A stretch of 64,000 bases of DNA from NCBI GenBank assembly GCA_001600815.1, contig BCKZ01000001.1:354613-418612 (forward strand), given 5' to 3'. The notes beneath the pieces are model-generated. The model did no database searches, was not told the DNA's origin, and saw nothing but the letters and a program-made list of their open reading frames with translations. The translations under genes were made by a program, and so were the position numbers. Below are positions 59,690 to 64,000 of the stretch, piece by piece (position 1 is the first letter of the stretch; every line of letters begins with the position of its first letter). The DNA is from Alloascoidea hylecoeti (Eukaryota).

Positions 59690-60100
59690 AGTTAATACAT
59701 CTAAGCGTGCCGTTGGATTTTTGGATAAAAAAATACCTCATGCTGCTAATTGCTTCCACCTGGTTTTATTACTCCTTGTTTTTCTAATTGCTTCAACCAT
59801 TCTTTTGCTTTACTTTCTACTGCAACTGGAACTTTAATTGTTCTTGCTGGTTTTGGATAAGCAGATTTATTTAATTTAAACCAGATTATTTGATTGTGAT
59901 GGTTCCATCATTTTTTCAAGTTCTTCATAAGCCTTAAATAATTTGTAAAACTCCTTACTTTTGCTCGGGTACATCATCCTTCACAACATCATTGTCGGGT
60001 AACGTCACTAGAGTTTGTGATACTTCCTCTTCCTGTTCCTCGCTTGAATCGGAATAGTCGTAAAAGAACATTTCCACATCGGACTCCTCCTCATCCTCCT
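59690..60100 (-). pseudogene. Ty3/gypsy reverse-transcriptase N-terminal remnant
   Basis: Reads KPARTIKVPVAVESKAKEWLKQLEKQGVIKPGGSN*QHEVF / FIQKSNGTLRCI, matching gypsy RT (L...GVI.PS.S.W....F.V.K..G.LR.C), with a stop at the Trp position and a frameshift. Confidence 0.7.
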
Positions 60101-60523
60101 ATTGTTAGAACGTTTACAAGAATTTGGGTTTGAGCCTGAAGTACAGTATAAGCGACAACCATATTAAAATTCGTAGTTTCACGATATACGGTGTTGGCCA
60201 CTCCACTTGGAGATGTTTTTCACCTTGAAGAGTCGTTTTCAATCTATTTTTTTTATCATATTGTGGTTCTTTCTTAGTTTAATTAGAAAAAAAAAATAAA
60301 AAGTTAAATGGCAAAGCATTCCAAATTAAGTCGTGACATAACACAAAAAGTTAAGAATGAAAATATTATCAATCTAGTTTGGGAAGAAGCTCCTTTTTTT
60401 TACATGCCATATATAACATAAGCTTATATATTTACATTAATATGAAATTTTATTTGATAGTTGAAGCCGAAAAGTAATTATAGGACCTATAAAGCATGCT
60501 TTCATTTTACGAACTATAATAAT

Positions 60524-63088
60524 TTAAGCAGTTATTTTATCCCGTAACCAAAACAAATATTCTTTATAACTCTTCAAAAGCTCAACTCTATCTTCAGATA
60601 AAGTACTTAAAGCCCACATTCGTAATGCAAATTGTTCAGGTGATCCAGCTTGTGTATTATCATGAGTAGCAGGACCAGTAACAACATATAATGATTGATA
60701 ACGAATAGTATCAATCTTTTCTCTAACTTTACCAATAATATTTCGTAATCGTTCATTGAAATCTGTAGCAAGTTCTGGAAGTTCTGATTTACCAATCGGT
60801 GGAAGATCAGCACCCCAAACATCATTAATAAGAGCAGGAACAGCATCACCACCTAACCAAAGGAATAATTCATTACCATTATCAATTAAATATAAACCGA
60901 ATAATTGTAGTCTTTCAGCGGATGCATTAATTTGAGGTGGTAACACAATTGAACCATCTTCACCTGGGAATCCTGCATCATCGGGCATATCATGCAATGA
61001 ATAAACCGTTGGATATAACATTTTAATAAGGTATGGAATTGGAAGAGTTGTTAACATATTTAAAGCAGCAGCTCTATGATCACTTGGAACTTTACCAGGT
61101 CTTAAAGCAGTACTTTTTTGTAAAGCAGTTATAAGCAAAGGTAACATTCTTAAATTTGCACTTATAAATAATGGAGCACCAGCACCAGTATTTGTTGGCA
61201 TCAATTCCTTTCTGTAAATTTGTAAAATATCAAGCAGATATTTATCTGCCAAATCCCTAGCTTCTTGTAATGAATTACTAACTGCCTTTTCAGCTACTTT
61301 ATGGGTTATATAAGCAGTAATTGCTAATTGATCAGCAGATGCATAAACATCAGAAATATTAGATGTTGTTGGAACAGCCAAAGTCATAACTCTAATTCGT
61401 CGTTCTCCTTTACATGTAGTATGCAAAATAGCGGCTTGGAAAACGCAAAATGGTTTGGTTAATTGTTCATCCAAACTTACTTCAATAACATATGATTGAT
61501 CCCTTGGGAATGAAGGAAAAGATAATAAATCTGAAGATCTGGAGAAGAAATTTCCATAAAATGAATTCATTCTTAAACCAGAAGAACCGCGAACACGCAA
61601 AACGGATTCAAGAGCCACTTCCATTGATAAATGATTTGATAATTCAGTAGCAAGTTTAACCGTTTCTTCTTGACTACTAGCAGACCATCCTGGGTAAAAA
61701 TGAGTTTGACCGGCGGTATATCTGGGTAAACTAGATAATGAAGAAACATCTTGATATTCAGAAGAGCATAAAAACATATCAACAGTAATTTGTGATTTAT
61801 TACAATCAACGGCAAAACTTTTATAAAAAGAATTAGCAACGGTTAATAAAGAACTCTCCTTACTTGTATTTAACAATGATTTTTCATCCCTAACAGCTAA
61901 TTTTCCAATACCAATAGTGGGTAAGGTCGAAGTTAAAACTACAATTTTACCTCCAAGAGAATGTATCAATTTATGAGCTGCTTTTAAAGCTGGGCCTAAA
62001 GCAAATTGAGTTGAAACATTTGTAGAAAACATATCAGCCATTTTCTCCAAAATAGTTTCGATATTCTCTCTACATTCGGCCAAAGAGACAAGCAAATTTT
62101 GTGGGCATGGTAAAAATGGTTCTTCAAGATCGGAAATAACCATCATTGATGGTTCGGCCGTTGATGGAGGAATTGGAATTGAAAAATAATGAAGAGAAGA
62201 ATCGGCAGCAATAAACCCAATTCTTGTTCTTTTATCGACATTTGGAATTTTGTCGAGGCTTTCCAAAATCGTTCTTGTTGCCACGGCAAATAATCCATTT
62301 TTAATCGAATTAAGAGACACATCCAAAATGAACAAATATACTAAAGGTTGTGGAGCTCTAACCATATATTCTGGAGGAGCGATAAATTCGATAACAGAGG
62401 CATTTAGCTCAGCTCTCCCAAAACGATCGACTTGTTGTCCCTTGAGCGCATCGTAGTCAAAAGCAGACGGAATATCATTGCGCAAAGAGCAAACCGGACA
62501 AACCCACCTGTTATTTTCGAGTTTTATAAAGGGGTTAATATAAGACCTGCAACGGCGGCATCGCGCAATAACGGAATCGTCAACGGTCGGAACTGGAGCA
62601 TCTTCGTCGGACAGAGATATGTATGGTCTGATGACTAAGGCAAAAGGCAACTTTGATTTTTTTAGAAGGGAATGAGTGGTTGGGATAGCATTTAGAGTGC
62701 TTCTGAAATAGTCATGGCTCGCATTGGAAGCTGGGGATGGAGTAACAGATGCAGTGGCCGGAAGAATGATCGGTGGAGGGGGTAAGGCTAAGTCTGTTAT
62801 TTTGGGTGGTAGCTCACGTAATAAGTCAATGTTGTAGATTTGGTTCATGGCCTGGATAGCAGGTTGGTTAAAGGCATGCGATTGGGGTTGGTCGTAGCTT
62901 CCATTGATGGACATGCCAGCGACCTGCGCAGTTACCTGATCCATTCGAGATCCGGTTCGGGCAGGTGTGAAGACGTCAGGTCCCGGAGATTCGGCAGGGG
63001 ACTGAAGCGAATAGGACTGAGGAGAAGCAGCAGCATACTGGTATTGTGCCGTTGGATAAGCTCGTTTCCTGTGATGGTCTCGGGACAT
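60524..63088 (-). CDS. SEC24: COPII coat subunit Sec24
   Basis: Zn finger RCRRCRSYINPF...WVCPVC, PQPLVYLFILDVS vWA domain, GERRIRV and gelsolin region. Likely start MSRDHHRKRAYP at 63088. Confidence 0.96.
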   Translation of the reverse strand: MSRDHHRKRAYPTAQYQYAAASPQSYSLQSPAESPGPDVFTPARTGSRMDQVTAQVAGMSINGSYDQPQSHAFNQPAIQAMNQIYNIDLLRELPPKITDLALPPPPIILPATASVTPSPASNASHDYFRSTLNAIPTTHSLLKKSKLPFALVIRPYISLSDEDAPVPTVDDSVIARCRRCRSYINPFIKLENNRWVCPVCSLRNDIPSAFDYDALKGQQVDRFGRAELNASVIEFIAPPEYMVRAPQPLVYLFILDVSLNSIKNGLFAVATRTILESLDKIPNVDKRTRIGFIAADSSLHYFSIPIPPSTAEPSMMVISDLEEPFLPCPQNLLVSLAECRENIETILEKMADMFSTNVSTQFALGPALKAAHKLIHSLGGKIVVLTSTLPTIGIGKLAVRDEKSLLNTSKESSLLTVANSFYKSFAVDCNKSQITVDMFLCSSEYQDVSSLSSLPRYTAGQTHFYPGWSASSQEETVKLATELSNHLSMEVALESVLRVRGSSGLRMNSFYGNFFSRSSDLLSFPSFPRDQSYVIEVSLDEQLTKPFCVFQAAILHTTCKGERRIRVMTLAVPTTSNISDVYASADQLAITAYITHKVAEKAVSNSLQEARDLADKYLLDILQIYRKELMPTNTGAGAPLFISANLRMLPLLITALQKSTALRPGKVPSDHRAAALNMLTTLPIPYLIKMLYPTVYSLHDMPDDAGFPGEDGSIVLPPQINASAERLQLFGLYLIDNGNELFLWLGGDAVPALINDVWGADLPPIGKSELPELATDFNERLRNIIGKVREKIDTIRYQSLYVVTGPATHDNTQAGSPEQFALRMWALSTLSEDRVELLKSYKEYLFWLRDKITA

Positions 63089-64000
63089 TCTGGATGAGGG
63101 TGGAAAACAGAAAGGTCTAATGAAAGTTGTGTGTTGGCAGAAAAGAAAGTAGGTGTAAGGTGGTGATAACTCTAACTGCCTATCTTTTTGATCCAAAAGT
63201 TTCATAAAAATATATTCTAAAGTAAATATTATCAACTAACATAATTCGGCTCAACACCCTCTCCATTGGAGATCGGGCCACCCATTTCATTACCCGTGTA
63301 CATCAATTGCGTGTTATTGACAATGTCCTGAATACTATGAATTAAAGTGTCCAGACAGAAATGTGAATTCGCTAAAATATCTAAACAGTTTTAGGCACCA
63401 GCTGTCAGGATTAGAACTTTATCAATCTTGTTTCAGTTTCTCAGGCATATAGGATACAATCACTTCATGGCCAGTAATCCCGTACTAAACAGCTCGTTGG
63501 AATTTTTTTAAGTTTTTTCGAAATAGAACTACATATCATAGCCATTAGATTTAAAGTCTTTACTGCGCGAGCCTCGTATTTTAACTAAGTACCCTAGTCA
63601 TACTGTCAACTCCCCGTTCGAAACTCACTGTTGCAACATTACCGTGGAGTTTATTCATTTCTCCAGCGCCACAAAATCAGTTACTTAGAATTTTGTAAGG
63701 ACTAAAAAAGAGTTATATATGAGTGTTGCCACTGCTATTACAGATAATGAAACGTTTCGTTTTTAATGGTACAGAGAACCTAGAATGATGTTGATATTAC
63801 TATTACAGGAGATTACTTCGATCTTGGTGTTATTAAAACATCAAATACATCATCTTTTGGTGTGAGATCGCTTATTGATGAAGCCTCACTCAGACTTCTA
63901 TTGATCCTACTAACAGGTCATTCGTTGTCAAAACTTCTCCATGTTCTTCTGTTGGTAAGGTGGTACTTGGAGATCTGTTGATAAAAGATTTTTCTATGTA

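Noticed and set aside
63089..63235. 49-aa N-terminal extension of SEC24 in the track
   Set aside because: Begins at TTG and does not resemble Sec24; ATG 63088 fits better, though the in-frame ATG at 63205 is not excluded.
63780..64000. Aspartic-protease-like fragments (RSLIDEAS..., VVLGDLLIK)
   Set aside because: No intact D(T/S)G motif, frameshifted and cut by the window edge; too weak to call.
1..64000. tRNA, rRNA or CRISPR features; CUG-Ser recoding
   Set aside because: No cloverleaf with A/B boxes, rRNA or repeat-spacer array seen by eye. CTG falls at conserved Leu in GTR1 (HLRF, NLWD) and SRAP (WGLVP).

Overview
AT-rich (roughly 25-30% GC by eye), intron-containing chromosomal DNA from a budding yeast (Saccharomycotina). 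It uses the standard code: CTG sits at conserved Leu positions in GTR1 and SRAP. Housekeeping genes are EF-2 (3' part), an intron-split Upc2-like Zn2Cys6 factor, NAD kinase, a class I/II aminotransferase, a Puf3-type PUF protein, a RING-CH E3 ligase, GDA1, MGR3, SRAP/YMR114C, an Fe(II)/2OG oxygenase, MED11, ASC1 (three introns, a 10-nt micro-exon, intronic snoRNA U24), GTR1, HFD1, FOL3 and SEC24. Much of this is a reshuffled version of the S. cerevisiae YMR110C-YMR116C block. Long intergenic stretches hold decayed Tc1/mariner, pogo/Fot1 and Ty3/gypsy elements, a MITE-like inverted repeat, and GST and arrestin pseudogenes. The most striking structure is a ~2.9 kb quasi-palindrome (52927-55824). 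Its two ~1.38 kb arms surround a 137-bp asymmetric spacer, and each arm carries an intact, divergently oriented copy of an orphan 304-aa gene. The copies differ at one residue and show a weak KilA-N/APSES-like motif. The supplied ORF track labels the right copy '-', but it reads on '+'. Also notable are an extreme GC island in the 5' part of the PUF gene, a Tbf1-site/Homol-D promoter at ASC1, and a recurrent intergenic TAGCTATAG motif. All assignments are by eye from motifs; no searches were run.
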